Source of the DNA: Candidatus Omnitrophota bacterium
GTDB taxonomy: Bacteria > Omnitrophota > Gorgyraeia > Zapsychrales > JANLHA01
Direction: 5' to 3'
Length of the DNA: 64,000 nt
Assembly (NCBI GenBank): GCA_963662715.1
Contig: OY759724.1
Location: 2,458,662 to 2,522,661 of the forward strand
Shown here one piece after another: positions 50,619 through 59,460 of this stretch. Numbering within the stretch: position 1 is the first letter of the stretch; every line of letters starts with the position of its first letter. The notes beneath the pieces were generated by a model. That model had not been told where the DNA came from, did no database searches, and worked only from the letters and a program-made list of their open reading frames with translations. A program made the translations under genes and the position numbers.

Positions 50619-51839
50619 ATGTGGGAATGTCCTGATTGCAACACTACTAATTGGGATTCTGATTCAAAATGTCATCAATGTGGTTGCGACCTTTCTAATA
50701 AAGAAAAGTTAGCTAAAGTTTCTTCTCAGAAGATTAAAAGTCCTAGAGCGGATAAGCGTTCAAATTGGAAATATGCATTAGTCCATTTACTTTTAACCCC
50801 AGCGCTTTTTGTCTTAAGCATATTAATACTTAGTTTTCTTAGGGTTCCTGATGATGCATCTGTCTATTATTGTCTCTTGATTATCGGAGGCTATCCGATT
50901 GCGAAGCTTATCGGCTTTAATCCTATGTACATAGCCCTGCCGATATTTTGGCTCTATAGATATTCAGGCATGTATATATCATTTAAGGGAATGGCCTATA
51001 TTGTGTTCGTGCCTTCTTATGTATCAGTTCAAGTCCATACTCTGCTGTTGCTCATTCCAGATATGTATAAAAATTGCGTTTCTTGGCTCAAAGCTATAAA
51101 ATGGCCGCTTCGCATCCTAACTGTTCTCTCTACTATCGTCATTATTTTAGGTGCCATTTCCTGGATGACAAACTGGTTCCGCCAGGGATCTTTCGATTAT
51201 TATGCGAGTTCGTCTGGAGAGGACCGCATAAGATACGCTATCGCATACAAGCGGCTTGATTTGCTGAAGAAAAGTATTAGGCACGGCATGGAGTTGGAGG
51301 ACTATCTGATGTGGAAAGCCGGTTATCAGGAGAAAAACGAGAAAATTCTTGAATTTTTGATCAACAGCGGCCTGTCAGTGAATGCGGTAACCGGTTCAGG
51401 AGAAACAGCCCTTCATTCGGCAGCAGAAAGTGGAGAGGTAGAAAATATTCGGTTTCTAATAAGCCATGGTGCTGATCCTAACATTAGAGATGACGCAGGT
51501 CAGACGCCACTTCATCAAATAGTTCTTTCGGATTATATTCCAGATGAAAAGGTTGCTGAGATAATACAAATCCTAGTTGACGGTGGAGCAGATGTCAATG
51601 CTGTTACGAAACCGAACATTCATTCGGCTTACAAAAATTGGAGTGGAGGAGATATGCCTCTTCATTATGCGGTTAAGCAAAGAAAAAATTTTAAGAAAGA
51701 GCCCTATCCTCCAAAAGTTCGATCCGTTGCTACTCTTCTAGAACTGGGTGCTGACGTAAATGCCAAAAACAGCGATGGTCGTACGCCATTGGAGATTGCT
51801 ACTAATGAGGAAATTAAGAAAATTCTTTTGGAACATTAA
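50619..51839 (+). CDS. zinc-ribbon / multi-TM / ankyrin-repeat protein
   Basis: N-terminal CPDC...CHQCGC. Four or five TM helices. C-terminal ANK repeats (GETALHSAAESGEVENIRFLISHGADPNIRDDAGQTPLHQIV). Confidence 0.6.
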   Translation: MWECPDCNTTNWDSDSKCHQCGCDLSNKEKLAKVSSQKIKSPRADKRSNWKYALVHLLLTPALFVLSILILSFLRVPDDASVYYCLLIIGGYPIAKLIGFNPMYIALPIFWLYRYSGMYISFKGMAYIVFVPSYVSVQVHTLLLLIPDMYKNCVSWLKAIKWPLRILTVLSTIVIILGAISWMTNWFRQGSFDYYASSSGEDRIRYAIAYKRLDLLKKSIRHGMELEDYLMWKAGYQEKNEKILEFLINSGLSVNAVTGSGETALHSAAESGEVENIRFLISHGADPNIRDDAGQTPLHQIVLSDYIPDEKVAEIIQILVDGGADVNAVTKPNIHSAYKNWSGGDMPLHYAVKQRKNFKKEPYPPKVRSVATLLELGADVNAKNSDGRTPLEIATNEEIKKILLEH

Positions 51840-52228
51840 GGATTCATAGGATAAAAATATTAGAAGCATAAAAAATTAGGAAGAGATATTAATATGAAGC
51901 ATCATCTATTAGCAGATAAATGGATCTTGTTCAATAACGCGGGTGCAAAGCCAGAGATTATTGCTAAAAAACAGAATGAGCATATAGATGTGCTTGATTC
52001 TGATTTATTTGCTAAAATTATGAAGGAATCAGGAGCTGAAATATGAAGAAACGGATGTCGATATTAGATAAAGCGGAAATTGCCATGAAAAAGGCCGTTG
52101 AAAGAGTCATAGCAGAACATAAACGGTCTGGCAGACCTTTAGAGGTATGGAAAGACGGCAGAGTGAAAAAAATCATTGTTAAATAAAAAAGATTCTACGT
52201 CTATCCAGTTGCAAAATTCATTTACTAG

Positions 52229-52458
52229 GGGGAGCCATATAAAAAGGGACGCCTTTTAGGCGTCCCTTTTTATATGCTTGCTCTGCGTAACGAGATACCC
52301 AGAGAGCGAAGCGAGCGGTTCTGACCGAGCCCGCCAACATGCGAAGCGTTCAAGAGGGCGAGGAAATGGTGGCGAGTTGGAACGAGCCACCAGAGTCCTC
52401 GCGACCGAGCATGGCGAGGGAGTGCCAACAGTCAGAGGACTGTGGCCGGGGGAGTTAT
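52229..52458 (+). repeat. GC-rich direct repeat, copy A (~230 bp), begins with a bidirectional hairpin
   Basis: About 99% identical to 54526..54754 (two substitutions and one indel seen by eye). Starts GGGGAGCCATATAAAAAGGGACGCCTTTTAGGCGTCCCTTTTT. Confidence 0.75.
52241..52271. terminator. bidirectional intrinsic-terminator-like hairpin (A-run, GGGACGCC/GGCGTCCC stem, T-run)
   Basis: AAAAAGGGACGCCTTTTAGGCGTCCCTTTTT. An identical copy lies at 54538..54568. Confidence 0.5.
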
Positions 52459-52467
52459 ATAACATAA

Positions 52468-52501
52468 CCCGTTGTGAACAAGTTGTTTGCAACGGGTTTT
52501 T
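52468..52501 (+). terminator. rho-independent terminator at the end of repeat copy A
   Basis: CCCGTTG...CAACGGG stem followed by T8. Confidence 0.5.
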
Positions 52502-52510
52502 TTTGCTTGT

Positions 52511-52539
52511 TTGACGATTTTAAGGGTATGTGATAGACT
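52511..52539 (+). promoter_or_regulatory. sigma70-like promoter for the leu leader (TTGACG, 17-nt spacer, TAGACT)
   Basis: -35 at 52511-52516 and -10 at 52534-52539, about 25 nt upstream of the leader ORF. Confidence 0.4.
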
Positions 52540-52563
52540 TATACCACTATGCAAGATTATTCA

Positions 52564-52614
52564 ATGAAGTTAAACAACCTACTTCTCGGACTACTCCTAT
52601 CTTTATTGAGATAG
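52564..52614 (+). CDS. leucine-rich leader peptide MKLNNLLLGLLLSLLR (attenuation leader)
   Basis: 16 codons, 8 of them Leu. Lies between the promoter and a terminator hairpin directly upstream of leuA. Confidence 0.6.
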   Translation: MKLNNLLLGLLLSLLR

Positions 52615-52671
52615 GCCGTGAGAAGAGGTGTGTTTATTCATTGAATAAAAAATAAATAATTAAAAAATGAA

Positions 52672-52708
52672 GCCACCGCTTCTTAATGAGGCAGGTGGCC
52701 TTTTTTTT
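52672..52708 (+). terminator. attenuator terminator upstream of leuA
   Basis: GCCACC...GGTGGC stem followed by T8. An alternative pairing with downstream GTCGACCACCT is possible, which would act as an anti-terminator. Confidence 0.5.
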
Positions 52709-52767
52709 GAATAGTCGACCACCTTAATCTTTAGGAAGTAGTGGTGTCAAAAGAAAGGTGGTGTATT

Positions 52768-54438
52768 ATGAAAAAAGTTGAAATGCCATTCAAGCGTTAT
52801 CGCCCATATCCGCAAGTAAATCTTTTTGACCGCGAATGGCCAAATAAGACAATCGTAAAAGCTCCGATTTGGTGCAGTATTGACCTGAGGGATGGTAATC
52901 AGGCTTTGAGCAACCCAATGAATGTTGATGAAAAAATAATAATGTTTGAGCTTCTTGTAGAAATCGGATTTAAGGAAATTGAAGTTGGTTTTCCTTCTGC
53001 GTCTGATGTTGAATATCAGTTTATCAGGAGACTTATCGAAGAAGAACGAATACCTGATGATGTTACGATTCAAGTGCTGACACAAGCCCGTGAACATTTA
53101 ATAAGAAGAACTTTTGATTCCGTGCGGGACGCCCAAAAAGCAATCATTCACTTATATAATTCCACTTCAACAGTGCAAAGGGAAATTGTCTTTAGAAAAA
53201 ATAAAGAGGAAATAAAAAGTATTGCCATAAACGGAACAAAGTTAATAAAGGAATTAACTGATGCAGAAAAGAATGATGGCATACGCTTTGAGTACACACC
53301 TGAAAGTTTCCCAGGGACAGAGTTGGATTATGCCTTGGAAGTTTGCTCTGCGGTAATGGATGTGTGGGGTCCATCACCTGACAATAAAATAATCATAAAT
53401 TTGCCAACAACTGTTGAGATGTCAACGCCCAATATTTACGCTGACCGCATTGAATGGTTCTCTCGTCATATTAATAAAAGAGAATCAGTTATTATCAGCG
53501 TACATACTCATAACGACAGAGGAACAGGTGTGGCTTCTGCCGAATTAGCTGTTATGGCAGGAGCTGAGCGTGTCGAAGGAGCTTTATTCGGCAATGGGGA
53601 GAGAAGTGGCAATATGGATATTGTCACAATGGCTTTAAACCTTTTTAGCCAAGGGGTAAATCCTGAGCTTGATTTCTCGGACATCAATAGAATTGCGGAT
53701 ATTTACAAAAAATGTACAAGAATGGATATTCATCCTCGACATCCCTATGTAGGAGAGTTGGTCTATACTGCTTTCTCTGGGTCACATCAAGATGCAATTA
53801 ACAAAGGAATGAAAAAACAACGAGAAAATGAAAGCAATATTTGGGATGTGCCATATCTTCCCATTGACCCCAAGGATGTTGGTCGGACTTATGAGGCCAT
53901 TATCCGTATAAATAGTCAATCTGGGAAAGGCGGTGTTGCTTTTGTTTTAGAGAACGATTGGGATTTTAAGATACCCAAAGAGATGCAACCTGAATTTGCT
54001 CAGGTTATACAGCGGATGACAGAGAGTGTTAATAGCGAGTTATCATCGCAAGAAATAAAGAATTGTTTTGAAAAGGAATATATAAAAAGGACAGGACAAT
54101 TTCAATTAAAATCTTGTGCCATTCATTCTGAAAATGAAAACTCTAAAGAAACTATTGTCTGTGCTTTAATAAAAAATGAGCAACAAGAAATAACAATTCG
54201 TTCAAAAGGAAATGGTCCTGTTGATGCTTTTGTTTGCGGCACCAAGAGACATTTCAACATTATTTTCGATGTGGCATATTATTCTGAACATTCCCTTTCG
54301 CAAGGAGCCGATGCAGAAGCTGTTGCTTACATCGGGATAAAAACTGGCGAAAGCAAAATTGTCTTTGGAGTTGGGATTGATGCAAATATTAGCATAGCTT
54401 CAATTAAAGCGATTGTGAGTGCTATAAATCGTATGTAA
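52768..54438 (+). CDS. leuA: 2-isopropylmalate synthase (long LeuA form with a C-terminal regulatory domain)
   Basis: DLRDGNQ, HTHNDRGTGVA and LFGNGERSGN catalytic motifs. About 556 aa. AT-rich relative to its flanks. Start set at the ATG at 52768 (RBS AAAGGTGG). Confidence 0.85.
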   Translation: MKKVEMPFKRYRPYPQVNLFDREWPNKTIVKAPIWCSIDLRDGNQALSNPMNVDEKIIMFELLVEIGFKEIEVGFPSASDVEYQFIRRLIEEERIPDDVTIQVLTQAREHLIRRTFDSVRDAQKAIIHLYNSTSTVQREIVFRKNKEEIKSIAINGTKLIKELTDAEKNDGIRFEYTPESFPGTELDYALEVCSAVMDVWGPSPDNKIIINLPTTVEMSTPNIYADRIEWFSRHINKRESVIISVHTHNDRGTGVASAELAVMAGAERVEGALFGNGERSGNMDIVTMALNLFSQGVNPELDFSDINRIADIYKKCTRMDIHPRHPYVGELVYTAFSGSHQDAINKGMKKQRENESNIWDVPYLPIDPKDVGRTYEAIIRINSQSGKGGVAFVLENDWDFKIPKEMQPEFAQVIQRMTESVNSELSSQEIKNCFEKEYIKRTGQFQLKSCAIHSENENSKETIVCALIKNEQQEITIRSKGNGPVDAFVCGTKRHFNIIFDVAYYSEHSLSQGADAEAVAYIGIKTGESKIVFGVGIDANISIASIKAIVSAINRM

Positions 54439-54525
54439 CCGCAAAGTCATTGGATAATTTTCTGACTTTGTCTGAGAGACAGTAAGCCCTAAACTCCTCC
54501 AAAAAGTTGCGAAACGCGTCCTCTT

Positions 54526-54754
54526 GGGGAGCCATATAAAAAGGGACGCCTTTTAGGCGTCCCTTTTTATATGCTTGCTCTGTGTAACGAGATACCCAGA
54601 GAGCGAAGCGAGCGGTTCTGCCCGAGCCCGCCAACATGCGAAGCGTTCAAGAGGGCGAGGAAATGGTGGCGAGTTGGAACGAGCCACCAGAGTCCTCGCG
54701 ACCGAGCATGGCGAGGGAGTGCCAACAGTCAGAGGACTGTGGCCGGGGGAGTTA
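54526..54754 (+). repeat. GC-rich direct repeat, copy B
   Basis: Near-identical to 52229..52458. Offset 2297 bp. Confidence 0.75.
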
Positions 54755-54809
54755 ATATCCTAAGCCGTTGTGAGATAATGTCTTGAACATTCAAATATGT
54801 GCGATTTGA

Positions 54810-55592
54810 CTAAACGTCAGGTTTCCAAAATCTCACCACTGAAGCCTGGCAGAAGAAATCGAGCTGTTCCATAAAAAGAAATTTGGAATTAAGAAACCAA
54901 AGTGGCATTAAGATAGGTAAGGTCATGATACGGATTTTTCCGGAATGTTTCTTCACAAAGGTCCGCAGTTTTTTCCGCTTCGGGTAAGCATTGCCATTTT
55001 CGTCATATAGTTTCGGCGTGAAAAGTGAAATATTAAAATGAGGGAAGCAAATATCTGCTTTAAACCCATATTTCTTTCCAAATAAAGCAAGCCCGGTCGG
55101 AGTGGGGTTGTTGATATGCCCGGGAGCTATGCTTTCTACAAAATCATATTTACAAGTCGAAGATACCCAGAAAAGTCCGTTAGGTTTAAGGACACGGAAA
55201 GCTTCACTGAAGATATTTTTATTGATATTTTGAGGAACATGCTCATAAACATTATGGCACATAATGAAATCAATGGATGTGTCTTCAATAGGAAGGGGGT
55301 CTTTGAGGTTATGCACACGGCTGTCAATCCCGAGGTTTGCTTTTGACCATTCAACGGCACTCTTTGCCCCTTCCAAAGCAATAACATGCAGGCCGTTTTC
55401 CTGGCAGCATTTCGTGAAGAACCCTTCCCCGGCGCCCAGGTCAAGTCCAGATGCGGAATGTCCGACGTATTTGATGACTTTCTCGACAAGGGCTTGATAT
55501 GTTTTCCAGCGGTCAGTAGACCAGCCTTTTATCCTCTGTTCATAATGATCGTCATTTACAATGCCGTCTGCCTGGGCATGGTTGGTTTGCAT
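54810..55592 (-). CDS. class I SAM-dependent methyltransferase
   Basis: LDLGAGEGFF motif I, then motif II/III spacing (IDFIMCHNVYEHV, LKPNGLFWVSS). Confidence 0.7.
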   Translation of the reverse strand: MQTNHAQADGIVNDDHYEQRIKGWSTDRWKTYQALVEKVIKYVGHSASGLDLGAGEGFFTKCCQENGLHVIALEGAKSAVEWSKANLGIDSRVHNLKDPLPIEDTSIDFIMCHNVYEHVPQNINKNIFSEAFRVLKPNGLFWVSSTCKYDFVESIAPGHINNPTPTGLALFGKKYGFKADICFPHFNISLFTPKLYDENGNAYPKRKKLRTFVKKHSGKIRIMTLPILMPLWFLNSKFLFMEQLDFFCQASVVRFWKPDV

Positions 55593-55883
55593 GTTTAATC
55601 CTGATGTATAAATGCGGGAATTTATTTAGAATATTTTAGCATGCGTAATAAAGGAATTGTATGTGAATATATTTTTTGTTGGATTTGTTTAAGAAGGTTA
55701 GTATAAGATGAGAATAAAACAAGGCGAATTAGACTGAATTAATATTTAAGTGTTTTTATTTTGATTCCTTGTAGAGAATTTTGATAACTAAATTAAATCT
55801 GATAAGATAGTAATTGTGATTTTTTGTGGTATGATGGTTCCATATCCTTATATAATTTTAACAATTGATACATGTGAGGGAAC

Positions 55884-56399
55884 ATGAAAATAATAGATTT
55901 AGGATGTGGTCGGAGTAAAGTCCCCGGGACGATTGGAATTGATATGGACCCGGAATCTGATGCAGATATCATTCTCGATATTGATAAGGAGCCTATACCT
56001 TTAGAAGATAATTCTGTTGATAAAGTAAGATCATCCCAATTCTTTGAGCATTTGGAAGATCCTTTCCGTGTCTTGAGAGAAATATATCGGATTTTAAGGC
56101 CAGGTGGTGAAATTTTTATAGAAGTTCCTCATTACACATCACACATCGCACATGGTTTTGGTCATAGGCAGTATTACTCTCATAAAGAACTCGTACGTAT
56201 GCTAACATACGAAATTAGCTGTGAGATTGTAAAAGCGGAAATTACTTTTTATAAATCTTTTAGAATGGCAGGGATTCATTATCTTGCCAATAAGTTTCCT
56301 ACAAATTATGAGCGTTTCTGGGCATATATTCTTCCGGCGGAAAATATAAAGATAACCGGTAGAGTTAAAAAAGATGTGCGAGCAGAGAAAGGTAAATGA
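55884..56399 (+). CDS. class I SAM-dependent methyltransferase (Methyltransf_11-like)
   Basis: IIDLGCGRSK motif I. FFEHLEDPFRVLREIYRILRPGG. Confidence 0.7.
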   Translation: MKIIDLGCGRSKVPGTIGIDMDPESDADIILDIDKEPIPLEDNSVDKVRSSQFFEHLEDPFRVLREIYRILRPGGEIFIEVPHYTSHIAHGFGHRQYYSHKELVRMLTYEISCEIVKAEITFYKSFRMAGIHYLANKFPTNYERFWAYILPAENIKITGRVKKDVRAEKGK

Positions 56400-56448
56400 A
56401 GATTTTGCTAGAAAAATAAGTGTGCAGAAGAAAGGAAGAAAGAAGAAA

Positions 56449-56490
56449 GTGCCAGTCCCCTCAAAGGGACAGGTCGAATGAATTGAAAAA
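56449..56490 (+). repeat. short GC-rich motif GCCAGTCCCC(T/C)CAAAGGGACAGG(T/G)CGAA(T/C)GAATTGA (same motif at 62745-62790)
   Basis: Two near-identical 40-bp copies, plus a related one at 59192-59225. Each lies just downstream of a stop codon. Confidence 0.45.
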
Positions 56491-56632
56491 TAATTAGAAG
56501 GACAGTAGACGTTTTAGATATAGAATTGTGATATAGATATTCCACTATTCCTCCCCCAGTTGCAAAATTCATCCACCAGGGGGAGCCATTTAGAAATATC
56601 CAGCGCACCATTTTGCGACTGGTTAACAATCT

Positions 56633-56672
56633 GCCCTCTTTGAACTTCTTGTTCGAAGAGGGCAATTTTATT
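56633..56672 (+). terminator. rho-independent terminator
   Basis: 13-bp stem GCCCTCTTTGAAC/GTTCGAAGAGGGC (one mismatch), loop TTCTT, then AATTTTATTAT. Confidence 0.5.
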
Positions 56673-56724
56673 ATCGCGAAAAAACCACGGCCATGAGGCC
56701 GTGGATGAAGTGTAATGACCCTAG

Positions 56725-57516
56725 TTAAGCAAGGATTTTTTTGTGTAGATCGAGTTCTTTGTTAATCCATCTTTTGTAAAACTCTTCAGGCGTAGCGAAG
56801 AATAATGCCTGATGAGGGAAATCGGTGTTGTAATCGTTGATCCAACGCTTGAAGTCATCTTGAAGATCAAATGGGTTGTCCCATTCATTGATCCAAATGA
56901 AATCTTCTTTGATTCTGCGGATGACGCGTTCGGTGTCAGCATTGCCTTTGGGGTTGGACCAGGTTGAGAAGATCTGCTTGATGCCGGCCAGTGAACAATT
57001 AAGCCTGAAGCGCCCGCTGGTGGGCTGACAGCCATTGTCCGAGATCAGGTGCAGGTCATGATTCAGTGTGTCTTTGATGCCGTTTGGGAATCGGTTGTTG
57101 ATGGCCATTTCCAGGGCATCCAGCCAGTCATCAGTCTTTGACTGGATGTTGAGGCTATAGCCGATAATTTCTTTGGTATACCAGTCTAGGACGATGGTCA
57201 GATAGAACCAGCCCCAGGTCGCCAGTTTGATTTTTGTCATATCGATACCCCAGAATTGATTGGGGTGAGAAGCTCGTGGTTTCCGGCGGAGGTTGCCACG
57301 CTTGGCCTTCAAGCGATCGTTGGGTTGAACCGTTAATTGATTTTCTTGCATGAGGCGTTGGACACAATTTTTGCCAATTTTGTAATGTTTACGGTTGTTT
57401 AAATAGGCCCAGACTGAACGGTATCCCCAGAGGGGATGTTGCTTTTTAATTTGTCGGATTTTGACTAAATGTTTTTGGTCTTGTTCGATACGCTTTAGAG
57501 AACGGCGTCTTTTCAT
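56725..57516 (-). CDS. IS3-family transposase OrfB (DDE integrase core)
   Basis: WGIDMTKI...LDWYTKEIIGYSL and ...DNGCQPTS contain the DDE residues. Confidence 0.8.
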   Translation of the reverse strand: MKRRRSLKRIEQDQKHLVKIRQIKKQHPLWGYRSVWAYLNNRKHYKIGKNCVQRLMQENQLTVQPNDRLKAKRGNLRRKPRASHPNQFWGIDMTKIKLATWGWFYLTIVLDWYTKEIIGYSLNIQSKTDDWLDALEMAINNRFPNGIKDTLNHDLHLISDNGCQPTSGRFRLNCSLAGIKQIFSTWSNPKGNADTERVIRRIKEDFIWINEWDNPFDLQDDFKRWINDYNTDFPHQALFFATPEEFYKRWINKELDLHKKILA

Positions 57517-57818
57517 AACTCGTACTCGTTTTTTTTTAGTTCAACGGTCAAGTCGCCGATGATGCGTTTGAGTTTGGCGTTTTCTTTTTCAAGACGTTGC
57601 TCTTTCTGGGACTGTTGTTTGATGTCAAAGGCCATATGGCATTCTTTGAGGAACTGGTCGCGCCATTTGTAATATTGGGTTTGGCCAATTTGGTATTTGT
57701 TACAAAGTTTACTGATGTCGATTTTCCCGCTGAGGCCTTCAAGCACGATTTGGGTCTTTTGTTGGCTGGTCCATTGGCGTTTTTTCATGGGAATTGGGCT
57801 CCTTTCCTTGGAACTCAA
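57513..57818 (-). CDS. IS3-family transposase OrfA (HTH)
   Basis: 101 aa. KLCNKYQIGQTQYYKWRDQFLK HTH. Leucine-zipper tail. Confidence 0.75.
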   Translation of the reverse strand: MSSKERSPIPMKKRQWTSQQKTQIVLEGLSGKIDISKLCNKYQIGQTQYYKWRDQFLKECHMAFDIKQQSQKEQRLEKENAKLKRIIGDLTVELKKNEYEL

Positions 57819-57903
57819 TTCTACACCATTTGTTTAAATTTGTTAACTAGGGTCACTATAGAAGCGTTTCCGAGGTCTTGGTTGCGTATGATACAATGGG
57901 TGC

Positions 57904-58332
57904 ATGAGATATTTGAAGCAAGGACACACAGTTTACTATGCCAGATACCATATTGTCATTTGTACAAGATATAGGCGAAAGATATTGCGATGGGGTTCGG
58001 CGGAGTATGTCAAAAGATGCGTTTTGGGAGTGATGAGACGGTATCCTGAGATCATCATTGAAAAAGTAAATACAGATTTAGATCATATGCATCTTTTGGC
58101 ATCAATTCCGCCGAAGATGGCTGTAAGTCATGCAGTAAATCTGATTAAGAGTAACACAGCAAAGCTGATGAGGCGGCGATATAAGTTTTTAGACAAGATG
58201 TATGTGAAAAAGGCAGGGATATGGTCAGCAGGGTATTTTGTGTCAACGGTTGGAGCCGACGAAGAATCGATAAAGCGATACATCGAATATCAAGGCCGGG
58301 AAGACCGAGGACAAACGCAGATAGAATTTTAG
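57904..58332 (+). CDS. tnpA: IS200/IS605-family Y1 (HUH) transposase TnpA
   Basis: 142 aa. YHIVICTRYRRKIL. HUH motif DHMHLL. Catalytic Tyr in SAGYFVSTVG. Confidence 0.85.
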   Translation: MRYLKQGHTVYYARYHIVICTRYRRKILRWGSAEYVKRCVLGVMRRYPEIIIEKVNTDLDHMHLLASIPPKMAVSHAVNLIKSNTAKLMRRRYKFLDKMYVKKAGIWSAGYFVSTVGADEESIKRYIEYQGREDRGQTQIEF

Positions 58333-58534
58333 CTGCGTTTGCACAGTCAAAATAGTTAAGAAACCACGGCCGTGAGGCCGTGGAGTTTCATTTAACGGGA
58401 AAGATATAAATATTGAGGTAGTACATAAAACTATAAATAGCAAAATATTATGATAAAACGACACGGCGCTGTACTTAGCTTCCTCGTATGTTATATTAAA
58501 ATAAAGAGCGGCGTAATATGAGTACGGGAGTATT

Positions 58535-59134
58535 ATGAATAAAGAGTTTGTCATCCTATTGGTCATTTTCATTTTTAGTGTAAATATACAGAATTTTTAT
58601 AATTTGTATAAATTAAGCAGATCTGAAAGCGCGATAATTAAAAGCACGCCGTATCAGAAATATCATGTTATACAAGATAAAGTTCCTTATATGGACACGG
58701 AATTAACTTTATTGGCCGAGTTCCGCTTAGACGCGATGGTCATTAGTAAAAAACGATATGTGTCGGATCTGACAGCAAAATATGCGCCTTTTGATTTGCT
58801 TTTAGGATGGGGCCCGATGTCTGATCCTGATATTTTGAAACATATCCATATTAAGCAAGGAGGAAGAAGAGGGACCATTCGCTATAAATCGTCTTCACCC
58901 GTCCCGCATTTTTATGTGCAAAATTTTTTCTCAAATGTTCATGCCATTCCTGCGGATCGTGCCATATTAGAAATTATTTCAGTACTTCAGCCCGGAAATG
59001 TTATCCATTTGGAAGGTTATCTGGTCCATCAGCAAGGCAAAAACTGGAGCTGGAAAAGCTCGCTGAGTCGTTCGGACTCAGGGTATCGTTCCTGTGAGAT
59101 TTTTTATATAAAAAAAATAGACGCTGTAGAATAA
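58535..59134 (+). CDS. hypothetical protein with an N-terminal TM anchor
   Basis: 199-aa ORF. No recognisable domain. Confidence 0.4.
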   Translation: MNKEFVILLVIFIFSVNIQNFYNLYKLSRSESAIIKSTPYQKYHVIQDKVPYMDTELTLLAEFRLDAMVISKKRYVSDLTAKYAPFDLLLGWGPMSDPDILKHIHIKQGGRRGTIRYKSSSPVPHFYVQNFFSNVHAIPADRAILEIISVLQPGNVIHLEGYLVHQQGKNWSWKSSLSRSDSGYRSCEIFYIKKIDAVE

Positions 59135-59184
59135 GTAAATAAAGTAGGTGCCAAATTAGGTCACAGGGTGCTGGCAGAAAGGAA

Positions 59185-59350
59185 GGGGCCAGTCCCCAAA
59201 AGAGTGGAGGGGCCGAAGTTCTGCCCGAACCCGCCAACACGCGAAGCATTCAAACGGGCGAGGAAAAGGTGGCGAGCGACCGAGGACGAAATGTCCGAGG
59301 AAGTGCCGAAATCTCCGCGTTTCGGCCCAGAGCGAACAACCAGAGTCCTC
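59185..59350 (+). repeat. diverged copy C of the GC-rich repeat family
   Basis: Shares the core GTTCTGCCCGAACCCGCCAACACGCGAAGCATTCAAACGGGCGAGGAAAAGGTGGCGAG with copies A and B. Preceded by the GGCCAGTCCCCAAAAG motif. Confidence 0.5.
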
Positions 59351-59460
59351 ATTTTGAAAAATATATTCGCAAACTTTAGTAAACCTGTAATGATTTAAAT
59401 AATTTACTTTGTAATTATTTTAGAGTATTATATTTTTATCCTAAATTAATAAAATATTCC

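Larger units (their letters stand above)
56716..57855 (-). mobile_element. IS3-family insertion sequence (orfA/orfB with -1 frameshift), 1140 bp
   Basis: Terminal inverted repeats TGACCCTAGTTAA at 56716-56728 and TTAACTAGGGTCA at 57843-57855. OrfA HTH and orfB DDE transposase. A9 slippery run at the orfA/orfB overlap. Confidence 0.8.
56685..58383 (+). mobile_element. IS200/IS605-family element (tnpA plus flanking subterminal hairpins) disrupted by the IS3 insertion
   Basis: Near-identical hairpins CCACGGCC-ATGA/GTGA-GGCCGTGG at 56685-56704 and 58364-58383, in the same orientation. They flank the IS3 plus a Y1 transposase gene. Without the IS3 the unit would be about 560 bp. Confidence 0.5.

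Noticed and set aside
52278-52514. 78-aa ORF (MLCVTRYPESEASGS...), with a 62-aa twin at 54575-54763
   Set aside because: Both lie entirely inside the duplicated GC-rich repeats. They are Arg/Gly-rich and low-complexity, with no RBS. I interpret them as a non-coding repeat or structured RNA rather than protein.
52229-54754. The 230-bp direct repeats as ends of an IS or composite transposon
   Set aside because: The repeats are direct, not inverted, and contain no transposase. They are better described as a duplicated non-coding element or recombination scars.
56685-56704. GC hairpins at 56685 and 58364 as rho-independent terminators
   Set aside because: They have no U-tract and are near-identical copies flanking tnpA. 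They are better explained as IS200/IS605 subterminal hairpins.
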